64,000 bases of DNA. Source: an uncultured Planctomycetota bacterium (GTDB lineage Bacteria; Planctomycetota; Planctomycetia; Gemmatales; Gemmataceae). Position 1 is the first letter of the stretch, and the number at the start of each line of letters is the position of its first letter. The translations under genes were made by a program, and so were the position numbers. The stretch covers positions 256,001 through 320,000 of the forward strand of contig CAWKHF010000012.1 of the NCBI GenBank assembly GCA_963849325.1, given 5' to 3'. The notes beneath the pieces are model-generated. The model was not told where the DNA came from. It ran no database searches and saw only the letters and a program-made list of their open reading frames with translations. Of the stretch, positions 1 through 10,364 are shown one piece after another.

Positions 1-1731
1 TACTGCTGGTCGGAGGAGTCGGCGGCGGTGTTGTACTGAGCGACGGCGGCTTGGGTGTCGGTGGCGAGCTGAGTGGCGTCGTCCTGGGTGGCTTGGTTGT
101 AGGCGTCGTCGGCGGCTTGCGTGGCGGCGTCGGCGGCGGTGTTGTCGTTGGCCAGCGTTTGCGTGAAGTTCTGGTCGGCGGTTTGTCCGCTGGTCTGGTA
201 GCCCTGATCGATGCTGCTTTCCTGTTGGCTAAGGTTGTCGTTGAGGGCGGAGATGGTCTGCTGCTCTTGCTGATCGTCGGCAGCGGCGTCGTTGGTGAGG
301 GTTTGCTGATCGTTCTGGACTTCCTGGATCACGGTGGGATCACTGGAGAACGTCATCGACCTCGGTAGAGCCGTAGTCGGTGGGGTCGGACTGACCAGGG
401 TCGGGCGGACCATACAGATCCAGCGTCTCCGTGCCATCGGATGAATCGGAGGAATCGGTGGCGTCTGCTGTGCCCGCCGTGGTGTTATCGGCGGCGCTGC
501 TGTCCGCGGGCGTCGAGGAGGCGGGGTCGGTGCCATCGGTTGAATCGCTGGAGTCGGCGAGGGACATCGGCGCCATCGTGGATGTTCCCGCCGCGGCGGA
601 GGATGCCGAGGTCTTGCCGGCCTTGGGGTCGGTGGTCGAAGTGGGGACGGCGGGCGGGTCGCCGATAGCTGCCGAGTGGGGCGTCGGCGGCGGCAGGAGA
701 GCGGGGCTGGCGGTGGGAGGCAGCGTAGTGGTGTGCGCCGGCGTGCCTTGAGGCAGGCGAGGCAGGCTTGAGCCAGTAGGAGCCGGAGTGTTGGCCCCGC
801 GCACATCGGCGATGACCTGCGTCAGTCCAGACAATGCCTGGCTACTTTTCGTGGGCGGAGGTGGCAGGGTGAAGGCGGGCAGGGCGTGGTTGGCCGCCGG
901 GCTGGAGGGGGTCGGACTGGTCTGGCTCTGGGTCGGACTGGTATTGGCCTGGCTGCTGCTGTTGAGAGCAACCGTGGCCGGCGTCGAAGGTGCGGCGTTG
1001 GCGCCATTCTGGGCCAGCAGGGTGTTCCAGTTCGGATTGCTGCCTCCTCCTCCTCCACCGCCTCCGCCGCTACCGCCGCCGGCGTTGGGCGTGCTGCTGC
1101 CGCCGGGACCGCCACCGCCGCCGGTGTCATTGTTAGGGTTGGACGGCGGTGCCGATGGAGGCGGCGAAGAGGACCGTGTGGGAGGCGGCGTCAAGGCAAG
1201 GTCTGTATCATCCGTCAGCGTCGGAGCGAAGGAGAGCGGCTGGGTGCTGCTGCTGGTGTTGTCGGTCGATGGGTTCTCCTGCTCAGGCGTGGAGGTGGCG
1301 GATTGGTCAGCTGCCGCCGGCTGTTTCAGGAGCAGCCAGGTCCAATAGTCCGGCGCGGACGAGGTCGAGGCGAGGTCCACCCCGGCGTCGGCGTTTTCTT
1401 GCGGCGGTAGTGAGACCGCAACGATGTCGGCATCCGCGTTGACTTCCGCATTCGCCGTCGGCGTTGGCTGAGAGGTGGCCAGCATGGGCGGGGGCGGGGC
1501 CAAGTTCGCCAGGCTCGACAGGAGTAACGGTGTGATGGCTTCGCCGGGCAGATCGCGCGAGGACAACGGCTCCAGCATCGGCCGCGAGGACCGCCGAGAC
1601 GTGGGGATGGCAGCGCGCCGCAGTCGTGGGCGATGACAGGTTTGCCGCAGGGCTTGATACAAATGAGTCGTAGTCCGTCCAACGTGCCAGATGGCCAGAC
1701 GCATCCAGCGACAACGCTGTCTCGGAGGCAT
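1..1731 (-). CDS. Large low-complexity extracellular protein, 5' part (runs off left edge; frameshift near 355)
   Basis: ORF 340..1731 has RRSSRPMLEPLSSRDLP (resembles the planctomycete RRxxLExLExRxL export motif) then Pro/Ser/Thr/Gly-rich sequence; another frame continues to position 1 as D/Q/A/T-rich repeats (VIQEVQNDQQTLTNDAAADDQQ...). Confidence 0.65.
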
Positions 1732-1962
1732 GAAAGATCCTCTCCGCGGCTGTGCGGTGATCGTTAGGCCGCGATCGTCTTCGTCACCCGTTCAACTGAC
1801 CTGTCTTGGACACAGGGGAGGATTCTAGGTGCGCCGAAGATTACTGTCTAGTAATAAATTACATTTTCGCAAGAAAATTCGGGGCTATCGACCGGATTGC
1901 GAGTCGGTCCTCGCCGCACGGCAACGGAGTTGGAACCCGGCCCCGATACGCCACGACGACCT

Positions 1963-2655
1963 TCAGGTGACGTGTTCCCAGCGCACTCCCGTGACGGTCG
2001 GCTCGATGTTCAGCCGCGACATCAGGTCTTCCATGGCGCGATCGTCGCGGCGAAGCGAGAAGACGTCGGCCACCACGGCCGTCTTGTCGGGATGGTCGGC
2101 GTCCTGCGTGGCGATACCCTGGATGGTCATGCCCGGATGCGTGTTGACGTGCCGCAGGAGAATGGTGCGAATGATGCCCTCGTGCTTCTGATCGCACAGG
2201 ACGCGCAGTCGATAGAACGTCTCGGCGCTGGCGGACATGCGGACGCGCGAGTCGATCCAGCGTGCGATCGGCCGCAAGCCGAGGTGCAGGACGAGGACGG
2301 CGCAGGTGCCGATGAGAGCGTGCAAGGGATAGCCGGCGCCGGACAGCGTGCCGATGGCGGCGCTGCACCACAAGGTGGCGGCGGTGGCCATGCCCTTGAC
2401 GTTGAGGCCTTCGCGCAGGATGACGCCGCCGCCAAGGAAACCGACGCCGCTGACGATGTACGAGGCGATGCGCGTCGGGCTGTCGCGGTCGCCCAGCAGG
2501 TGCGTCAGCGACACGAACAGGGCGGCGCCGACACAAACCAGGGCGTTGGTGCGCAGGCCGGCCGGGTGCTGGCGGAACTGACGCTCCAGGCCGATTGCGA
2601 CGCCCAGAAGCAGGGCGACAAGGATGCGCAGGGTGAAGGAGAATGTGTCCATCAT
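1963..2655 (-). CDS. mgtC: MgtC/SapB family membrane protein
   Basis: IGLERQ, AGLRTNALV, RIASYIVSGVGFLGGGVI, ATAATLWCSAAIG motifs plus C-terminal ACT-like domain. Confidence 0.9.
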   Translation of the reverse strand: MMDTFSFTLRILVALLLGVAIGLERQFRQHPAGLRTNALVCVGAALFVSLTHLLGDRDSPTRIASYIVSGVGFLGGGVILREGLNVKGMATAATLWCSAAIGTLSGAGYPLHALIGTCAVLVLHLGLRPIARWIDSRVRMSASAETFYRLRVLCDQKHEGIIRTILLRHVNTHPGMTIQGIATQDADHPDKTAVVADVFSLRRDDRAMEDLMSRLNIEPTVTGVRWEHVT

Positions 2656-2661
2656 TGGCTC

Positions 2662-2782
2662 CCCAAAGAGCCTCACGCCAAGGCGCAAAGAACGCAAAGG
2701 AAAAGAGAAGGAAGACCCAAGTGACGCGCGCTTATTTTATCTTTCTTTGCGTTCTTTGCGCCTTGGCGTGAGGCTCTTTGGG
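2662..2782. repeat. Intergenic inverted repeat, family A (cacgccaaggcgcaaagaacgcaaag arms)
   Basis: Long complementary arms; near-identical copy at 6781-6902. Confidence 0.9.
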
Positions 2783-4754
2783 TTAGGTCCGCGGAAACAC
2801 CCGGATCGGTTCCCGATGCAGATCGTGTGCTGACAACATATCCGCATCGGCCGACGCCTCCCACACACGCATCACCCGCAGACCGGCGACGGGACATTCG
2901 TGTCCCGGCCGGCTCTGGTAGCCCTCCTCCGACGCCACTTCCCATTCGACGCGCGGCCGCAGACGGGCATCGTAGATCACCAACCCCGGTCCCACGGCGG
3001 AACGAGCGATCAGCAGATCCCCGCCGCCGAACACGTCCTCCAGGCGAAAACGTTGCCTCAGAGGTGTGAAGTCGAATTGCCGCCAAGAACGCCCGGACGC
3101 TGCCGGGTGTGGTACGGAGAAAAACGAAGTCGGCGGCGGCTCGCCGGGCGTCCGCCAACGACACCGTACCCGGTCGAACGGCGCCGCCGATCGCGTCCAG
3201 GGGCAGACCATGCACCTCGGGAGGATCGAGCGCAAGCGACGCTTCGGCGGCGCGCAACCGCTCGCGCGCGATGGAGGCGCTGAACGCCTCGGCGGAGAGC
3301 AGCAACGTGCCGTCCGGCTCGGTGGCGGCCTTTCCGACGCCGAGCGGACGATCCAGGAAAACCGCCAGCCCCAGCTCGCGCCATTCGTCGGGGTGCTGGA
3401 GATCGAGCAGGCTTTGACGCAGCAGACCGGCGGCCTGGGGACCGAGTCGGTGCGACAGGGGATCCTCGGCGTACAGGCGCCGCGTCCTCCGGGCGGGCTG
3501 CATGATCTGCTCCTCGGGAACGCGCGGGTGGCTCGCCGGCAGGACGCGAGTGTTCTCGCCGGGTGAGGTCGGCAGGTCCGGAACGGGATGTCCTTCGTAA
3601 CGGCGGCGCAGCAGCCAGCCCTGGCGCAGAGCGCGGCGACGGAGACGCTTGCGCCGCTGGATCGGTTCGCTGTCCTCCGCCGCGTCCGCGAACAGCTCGG
3701 GCCGACGTTCGAGGATCGTCAGGTATTCCTTCAGCACGGCGTCGAGCAGCAGGGCGTCGGGGTAATTGGCGCCACGATGATGAAAGACGACGAGGTCGTA
3801 AGCGGTCAGGTGCCGGCCGAGGTGCCGCAGCAAGTAACTCAGGAAATCAACCACTTCATCCGTCTGAAATAGACCGCATTCTTCGAGGGTGCGCAGGAAG
3901 AGCAGCGTTTTCTCGACCAGATCGGTATACGGTGACAGCGAAACTTCATTGAACAGCGTCCGCAGCAGGGTGGACAGGTCGGCCGTCGTCCGGTCGAGCT
4001 CCGACCAGCGGCGGACGAACGCCGTGGCGGCGTCCACCATCTCCGTGGCCGGCGCCGCGTGCAAGAACGTCTCCAGCAGGCGGGCCTGTTCGCGCAGGTT
4101 CACGGGCGGCGACAGCATGTCCGCCACCAGCTCGCGCCAGGTACGCGGGGTCTCGGCCGCGTCCGGGGCGGCGAGGCGATGGCAGTAGAAAAGTTGACCG
4201 AATGAGAAAGCCGGCAGCGGCGTCTCGACCGAAGCCAGGGGTAGCCGAGACGTGCCGACGACCGCCTGAAAGAGCCGGCACGCCAACTCGTCGCGCAGCT
4301 CGTCGAGGTCGGCGAAACGGTCGAGGCCAATCGTACCCACCAGTTCGCGGACCCACTTGCGCCGCTCCCGGCTTTGGTAGACGTTTCCGCCCGCGTCATA
4401 GCCTTCCCAGACATAACTATCCAGGCCGCGGACGACGTGCAGCCGTCCACCGTCCGCGTCGAGCTTCAGAGCCAGCAACGGTTCTCCCGATCTCTCTCCA
4501 TTCGGGGCGGTCCTCTGATATGTGTTCCACGCCTCGAAGGAACGCCGCTCGCGGGTGTGTGCCGGGTCGAGAAGCCGGCCCTGAAAGATCTCCCACACCA
4601 GCTCTTCGGAGGCGACGTGTTCCCACTCCAGCGCGAGGTCCGGACCCAGAAAGAAATGCGCCGGCCGAAACATCTCCGCAATCAGTCCACGCACGGCCTC
4701 CAGCCCGACCGGATCGCCGGGCGCATCAGCCGAGCGTGTACGGAAGCGAGGCAT
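2783..4754 (-). CDS. Hypothetical protein, ~650 aa (frameshift near 3075)
   Basis: ORF 2673..4781 (ATG 4754) loses coding character near 3075 where ORF 2783..3235 takes over; no motif recognised. Confidence 0.7.
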
Positions 4755-4981
4755 GACGGCTTCTCCGCTATCGCGGACCAAACGAGTGTCGAGAGTGACG
4801 CCTCATTGTACCATCGGCGAACGCGGTGGACTTCTTGCTTGCAGGGACTCGGCCGGAACGCCATACTACCGGGGTCCGTGGGCGAGAAACCCTTCCGAGC
4901 CGAAAGCGTCCGAACGATCCTCTTCGCTGACGCTTCCGGCTCGGACGAAAACAGTTGGTCCCTTCACGAAGGAGCCTCTCG

Positions 4982-6778
4982 ATGCGGCATCATTATGCGT
5001 TCGCCTTCTCGCTGGTGCTGGCCCCCGGCCTGGTCCGAGGGGCGGAGGACGTTCCCGAACGACTGCTGCCGGCCTCGACGCAGATTTACCTGCGTTGGGA
5101 CGGCATCGACGCCCACAAGGCCGCCTACGGCAAGACCGGCCTCGGCCAGATGATGAAGGGCGATACCGGCCGCTTTGTGGCCGGCCTGTTCGACAAATTG
5201 CAGACCAGCGCCGGCGCCCTGTTGACCGTCGAATCGCTGCGGCGCGGCGAAGACCCCAAGACCTTGAAACGGATGCAGGCCGACGCCAAGGCGGCGGCCA
5301 CGCTCTTTCCGCGGATCGGCCAAAACGGCTTCATCCTCGCCGGCGAACTGCGCCGGCTCGATCCACCGGAGGCACAGGTCTTTCTCATCCTGCCCGGCAT
5401 GGGCGACAATCCCGAACCGCTGTTCGGCGCCCTGCGGCTGGCCATCGGTCTGGCTCAGGGGAAGGTCCAGGAGCGGAAAATCGCCGGGCGAACGGTCGCC
5501 GGCATCGATCTGGCGCCGATCCACCTGGCCTGGTGGGTCGAGGGCAAGCACGCGGTCGTCTCCATCGGCACCGACAAGCCGGAAACGGTCGTCCAGAACA
5601 TGACCGCCGCCGACCGGACGCCGCTGACGGATAGCCCTTTGTTTAAGCGCCTCGCCGGCTTCCACAAGTTCGAGACCAGCGCCCGCGCCTTCGTGGACGT
5701 GGCCGCCTTCGTCAAGATGGGCGCCGAGCGCAACAAGGACGTCGCCAAGCTGCTCGACGAACTCGGCCTGAGCGGACTGCGGAGCCTGGTGATGTATTCG
5801 GGTTTCGAGGGTCGCGCCGAGCGCGGCCTGGTCGAATGGGACGTGCCCGGACCACGAAAGGGGCTGCTGGCCCTGCTGAGCGGCAAGTCCTTCCAGCTGG
5901 GCGATGTGCCGCCGCTGCCGCCCGACGTGGTCAGCTGGTCCATGACTAACTTCGACAGCGCCGCCTTTTACGACACCGCCTACCAGGCCGCCGAACAGAT
6001 TGTCCGCCTCGTCTCGCCGGACGACGTGCCCAAGGTCAAGGAGTTCCGCAAACAGGCCAACGATCTGCTCGGCGTGGACATTCGCAAGGACCTGCTCGGA
6101 TCGCTAGGCGATCGCTTCGCTTATTACACCTCGCCCGCCGACGGGCCGTTCACCCTGGGCCAGACCGTACTCTTCCAGATCAAGGACGCCGGCAAACTGC
6201 TGACGACGCTGGAGCAGATCATCAAGAGCCTCGGCACGGCGGCGGGCAAACAGGTGCGCATCAAGAAGCGCGACTATCGCGGCATCATGGTCCACGAAGT
6301 TTACGTGCAGCAGCAGGGCTTTATCCTCGTGCCAAGCTACGCCGTCTGCAAAGACTGGCTCGTCGTCGGATTTTACCCGCAAGCCGTGCAGGCGTTCATC
6401 CAGCGCAGCAAGGGCGAGATGACGGTGTGGAAACCGTCGCCGGTCGTTCGGGATTCGCTCGACAAGCTGCCGAAAAAGTTCATCTCCATCTCGTACACCG
6501 ATCCGCGGCCTTCGTTGACGCAGTTGTTGTCGATCGCCCCGCTCATCGGCGGTACGGTGAGCAGTCTGAATCCGCAGCTGAACTTCGAGGTCGGCAGTCT
6601 GCCGAGTACGCAGGAGGTGACCAAACACTTGTTCCCGAACGTGTCCGTCACCAGCGACGACGGCAAGACGCTGCGTCAGGACAGCCGTGACTCGCTGGCC
6701 CTGCCGTTCGACATCACCGGGCTGGACACGTACAGCCTGTTCATTCTGTTCACCGTGTTCCGAGGATTCGCTGGCTAA
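4982..6778 (+). CDS. Secreted/periplasmic planctomycete protein (DUF3352-like)
   Basis: AAGGAG RBS, signal peptide MRHHYAFAFSLVLAPGLVRGA, ERLLPASTQIYL start, long GC3-rich ORF. Confidence 0.7.
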   Translation: MRHHYAFAFSLVLAPGLVRGAEDVPERLLPASTQIYLRWDGIDAHKAAYGKTGLGQMMKGDTGRFVAGLFDKLQTSAGALLTVESLRRGEDPKTLKRMQADAKAAATLFPRIGQNGFILAGELRRLDPPEAQVFLILPGMGDNPEPLFGALRLAIGLAQGKVQERKIAGRTVAGIDLAPIHLAWWVEGKHAVVSIGTDKPETVVQNMTAADRTPLTDSPLFKRLAGFHKFETSARAFVDVAAFVKMGAERNKDVAKLLDELGLSGLRSLVMYSGFEGRAERGLVEWDVPGPRKGLLALLSGKSFQLGDVPPLPPDVVSWSMTNFDSAAFYDTAYQAAEQIVRLVSPDDVPKVKEFRKQANDLLGVDIRKDLLGSLGDRFAYYTSPADGPFTLGQTVLFQIKDAGKLLTTLEQIIKSLGTAAGKQVRIKKRDYRGIMVHEVYVQQQGFILVPSYAVCKDWLVVGFYPQAVQAFIQRSKGEMTVWKPSPVVRDSLDKLPKKFISISYTDPRPSLTQLLSIAPLIGGTVSSLNPQLNFEVGSLPSTQEVTKHLFPNVSVTSDDGKTLRQDSRDSLALPFDITGLDTYSLFILFTVFRGFAG

Positions 6779-6780
6779 CA

Positions 6781-6902
6781 AGAAGAGCCTCACGCAAAGG
6801 CGCAAAGAACGCCAAGAAAGACAAGAGGAAAAGGAGAACGTCAGGTTCTTGCTTTCCTTTTCTTCTCTTTGCGTTCTTTGCGCCTTTGCGTGAGGCCCTT
6901 CT
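6781..6902. repeat. Intergenic inverted repeat, family A
   Basis: cctcacgcaaaggcgcaaagaacgc...gcgttctttgcgcctttgcgtgagg, followed by a T tract. Confidence 0.9.
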
Positions 6903-7005
6903 TTTTTTCGACTCCGGTTGACACCATCGCCGCGAAAGGTAACATCTTCCGCTCTCCCTTGCCGTCGCACCTCTGCCTCCTCCCTCTCCCTTGCGAGGAC
7001 AAGCG

Positions 7006-7959
7006 ATGCGACGACGAACCTTGTTGCTCACCCTGGCCTGGCTGAGTAGCGCCCCGCTGTGCGGACAGCCGATTAAGGAATTGCGCGGCCATAGCGCTCC
7101 GGTGTACGCCGTCGCCTTCCGGCCCGATGGCGGCCGCATGGCCTCGGCCAGCTTCGACCACACCATCAAGGTCTGGGACGTGGACCGTGGCCGACTGGTC
7201 CGCACCTTCGTCGGCCACACGGCCCAGGTGTTGACGCTGGCCTATAGCACCGACGGCCGGCAGCTCGCCTCCGCGGGACTGGACGGCACCATTCGGCTGT
7301 GGGACGCCGCTTCCGGCCGCGCCGTCGCCTTTCTGAACAGCCGTAATCAGTGCGTTCAGGGCATCGCCTTCACGCCGGACGGACGCCACCTGATCGCCTG
7401 CGGCGAGACCGGCACTGTGGAAGTGTGGCGGACCTCGGAAGGCGTCCGGGAGCGGTCGATCTCGGTCGAACTGTCGCCGGTGCCGCTATACGCGGTGGCC
7501 GTCTCGCCAGACGGCCGTTTGCTAGCCCTGGGAGGTCTGGACGGCCGGATTCACGTGTTGGATCTCATGACAGGCCAACCGCGGCGCACCCTGGAAGGAC
7601 ATGCGGATGCCGTCTACAGCCTGGCTTTCTCTCCCGAGGATGGCGCTCTGCTGTCCGGCTCCGGCGACCGGACGCTGCGCCGCTGGGACGTGACGACGGG
7701 GAAGCAACGGGACTGCCTCGACGGGCACGATGGGGCGGTGTACCAGGTCGGCTACAGTCCCGATGGCCGGCGTCTTCTCTCGGCGGGGACGGACGGAGAA
7801 GTGATGATCTGGGATGCCGGCAGCGGCGTCCTCTTGCACCGCCATCGCTTCCCCGGCAAGGCGCTTTGTGCTGCTTTCACTCCCGACGGGCGGCGCGTCG
7901 CGGCGGGCAGCGGACAGACCGGCTGCTATCTGCTGGAGCTGCCGCGGCACCTCCGCTAG
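7006..7959 (+). CDS. Secreted WD40-repeat beta-propeller protein
   Basis: About seven GH...V..VAF.PDG....SAS.D.T.K.WD repeats after a signal peptide. Confidence 0.92.
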   Translation: MRRRTLLLTLAWLSSAPLCGQPIKELRGHSAPVYAVAFRPDGGRMASASFDHTIKVWDVDRGRLVRTFVGHTAQVLTLAYSTDGRQLASAGLDGTIRLWDAASGRAVAFLNSRNQCVQGIAFTPDGRHLIACGETGTVEVWRTSEGVRERSISVELSPVPLYAVAVSPDGRLLALGGLDGRIHVLDLMTGQPRRTLEGHADAVYSLAFSPEDGALLSGSGDRTLRRWDVTTGKQRDCLDGHDGAVYQVGYSPDGRRLLSAGTDGEVMIWDAGSGVLLHRHRFPGKALCAAFTPDGRRVAAGSGQTGCYLLELPRHLR

Positions 7960-8034
7960 GTTTCTGTTTAGCCGCGACGCGCAGCGGAGCGCGGGACAGC
8001 CGCGCTCCGCTGCGCGTCGCGGCTAAACAGAAAA
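7960..8034. repeat. REP-like palindrome, family B (gtttagccgcgacgcgcagcggagcgc)
   Basis: Near-perfect hairpin between convergent genes; copies at 52831 and 53689. Confidence 0.9.
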
Positions 8035-8048
8035 CGCGCAACTTCTCC

Positions 8049-8627
8049 CTACGATTTGGTTGAACCGCTCAGATCGACGAAGGTGCCGCCGTTCTCGACC
8101 AGATCTTCGCCAACGGCGCAGGTCCACAGAACGCGCACAACGAAGTCCCATGTTTCCGTCCCATCCGGACTGGGTATGGCGACATGGATTTTCTGCCCCA
8201 GGAACCGCCGCGTGCCAATAAGGCGGATGCCGGTCGCGGACAGATCTCGGCTCATCAGGGTGTATTCGCGCTCGTCCTCGGTTCGGACCCGAACCGGCTG
8301 GACGAAATCGATGCGGTCTTCCTCGCGGCGCTCGACCCGTTGGGCGGCGCTGCGATACTGGCGGATGATCTGCCGGACGGTTTTCTGAACACCGAGCTGC
8401 TGCGACTGCTCGCGGCGCACGCGCTCGCTGACGGGGGCGGTGTAATAATAGCGGCCCTTGCGATAGGCGAGGGCGGGGCGGGCCACGGCCAGCACGTCCT
8501 TCCACAGCGATTCGGACACGCCCGCTTCGCTCAGCACCGTCCGGACCTGACGAGGCAGGATGAATCCCTGACGCTGCGCCTGACGGATGACCAGCTCCGC
8601 GACGCCCTGAAGGTTCGTCGAGATCAT
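8049..8627 (-). CDS. PilZ domain-containing protein
   Basis: C-terminal RREEDR (RxxxR) and DLSATG (DxSxxG) c-di-GMP motifs. Confidence 0.8.
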   Translation of the reverse strand: MISTNLQGVAELVIRQAQRQGFILPRQVRTVLSEAGVSESLWKDVLAVARPALAYRKGRYYYTAPVSERVRREQSQQLGVQKTVRQIIRQYRSAAQRVERREEDRIDFVQPVRVRTEDEREYTLMSRDLSATGIRLIGTRRFLGQKIHVAIPSPDGTETWDFVVRVLWTCAVGEDLVENGGTFVDLSGSTKS

Positions 8628-8762
8628 GGACCAAGACCCCTTGCCGACGAGGCGCTGAGACACAGTTCCCCAGTCGCTTGCGGCTTAGCGAACGCGAAAC
8701 CGCAAGCGGTCAGGAATCCGGCGCAAGTTTAGCACATTTTCCAGCCCGGCGACGGCGGAGGA

Positions 8763-9340
8763 TCAAGGGCGACTGGTGCGGGGTCGTGTGGCCTGTTCGA
8801 GGGCCAGCCGCGCCGCCTCGGCCTCGGTCGCGGCCACGGCTTCGATGCGCCGCGTGAGTCCGGGCTGACCTCCGGGAACCCAGCAGGTAAAGCGCGACTG
8901 GCCATTGGGCAACGCCTCGACGTGGAAACTGACGACGCCCAGTTCCTTGATCCGCGCGTGGATCGCCGGCCAATCAGATGCCGGCGCGGGGGTCGGTCGA
9001 ACGGTCACGCCCAGTTGTTCCGGCGACGGCATGGTCAAGGGCGCCGGACGGGGCCGAACCGGCTCCTCGGGTGCCTGGGCGCGGACCACGGGAGGCGGCT
9101 GCGATGAGGCCGCCGCGCGAGGAGTGGCGCCGCCGGCATCCGCGGGACCGGCGCCGGAGCGTACACCGGCGCGGGATAGACGGGGACATACGTGGGAGCA
9201 GGTATCGGCGAACCGCCGAAAAGAGGGGTGCCACACCCCGCCGGGCCTCACGGCCCGGCGCCGGATCGAGCCGGCAGGGCTAGACTCCAGAACAGCACCG
9301 GCAGACCAATGACAAGCCAGCGATGCGCTTCCTTGCGCAT
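8763..9340 (-). CDS. Small secreted Pro-rich protein with in-frame TGA at codon 31 (candidate selenoprotein); one apparent frameshift near 9130
   Basis: GGAGG RBS 7 nt before ATG 9340; signal peptide MRKEAHRWLVIGLPVLFWSLALPARSGA; GP-TGA-GPAGCGTPLFGG continues in frame; C-terminal domain is in ORF 8763..9251. Confidence 0.6.
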
Positions 9341-9707
9341 GGAGAGTCCTCCGACCGCAGCGGTCCCTGCCGCGGTTGAATCAGCGAGAGTCGTCCCGTG
9401 TGCGGACGAGGTTCGTCGAAGCACCCGGCGGAGAGCTTCCTGCTCGAAACCGAGGAGCTTGGGGCGTGACAGGCGGGCGAACAGGCGAGTCCTCTTCCCA
9501 GCCGTTCGTCACGAAGTCGAGGCGATATAACAGCACGCCTCGGGCCTGAAAAGAGCAACTTCACAAGACGGGGATTCTGCACAATTTACACACCCGCCGG
9601 ACATAATTACAAACACCCTCTCCCTCAAGCCACTCCCTTCGTTCCTTCGTTCCTGGGGTCTGATAAGATAATCTTGAGGGCGCAACGACACGCAACCGCC
9701 GCTCCCC

Positions 9708-10109
9708 ATGAGACGAACTATGCACTCAACGACCTCTTCCACCTCGACCCGCTCCTGGGGCATGGCCTTGTTGCTTCAGCGCTGCCCTCGCTGCCGAACC
9801 GGCCGAATCTTCCACGCGATGTTTGCGATGAACCTCTCCTGCCCGGTTTGCGCTTTGCCTTTCCGGCGTGAGGAGGGCTTCTGGCTCGGGGCCATGTATT
9901 GCAGCTATGGCCTGGCCATGGTCATCCTCGTCCCGCTCTTTTTCCTCTTTCAGTGGTTGTTCCCGAGTTGGCCGGGCGTGCTGGTGGCCTTCGTGGCCAC
10001 TCTGCCCTACCTGCCCTTGACGCCGATCATCTTTCGCTACTCGCGTGTCCTGTGGATCTACTTTGAGGACTACGTTGAGCCGAGGGAGTTGTACTCGCCC
10101 CGACGGTGA
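9708..10109 (+). CDS. DUF983 family zinc-ribbon membrane protein
   Basis: RCPRCRTGRIF...CPVCAL..REEGFWLGAMY followed by two TM helices. Confidence 0.85.
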   Translation: MRRTMHSTTSSTSTRSWGMALLLQRCPRCRTGRIFHAMFAMNLSCPVCALPFRREEGFWLGAMYCSYGLAMVILVPLFFLFQWLFPSWPGVLVAFVATLPYLPLTPIIFRYSRVLWIYFEDYVEPRELYSPRR

Positions 10110-10254
10110 GAGTCTGTCCGTTAAGCCCCTCTCCCCCGTACTCGGGGGAGAGGGGTTGGGGTGAGGGGGTGCGGTTTCTGCATCTTTTCCGCCCCCTCAC
10201 CCCAACCCCTCTCCCCCGAGTACGGGGGAGAGGGGGAATAACGGGACAGGCTTT
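10109..10254. mobile_element. MITE-like element (AGAGTCTGTCC...GGACAGGCTTT ends) containing cccctctcccc/ggggagagggg palindromes
   Basis: Imperfect terminal inverted repeats; homologous longer copy at 57579-57844. Confidence 0.7.
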
Positions 10255-10364
10255 GAGCGCTCGCGGGGCCGGAGACCGCCTCTTGTGGCGGTCGGCGCCG
10301 CCCTTACAATGGGGTCGGCGTCTCCACTCGCCCCGCAAACCCACCGGAAAGTCTGACCATCCCG

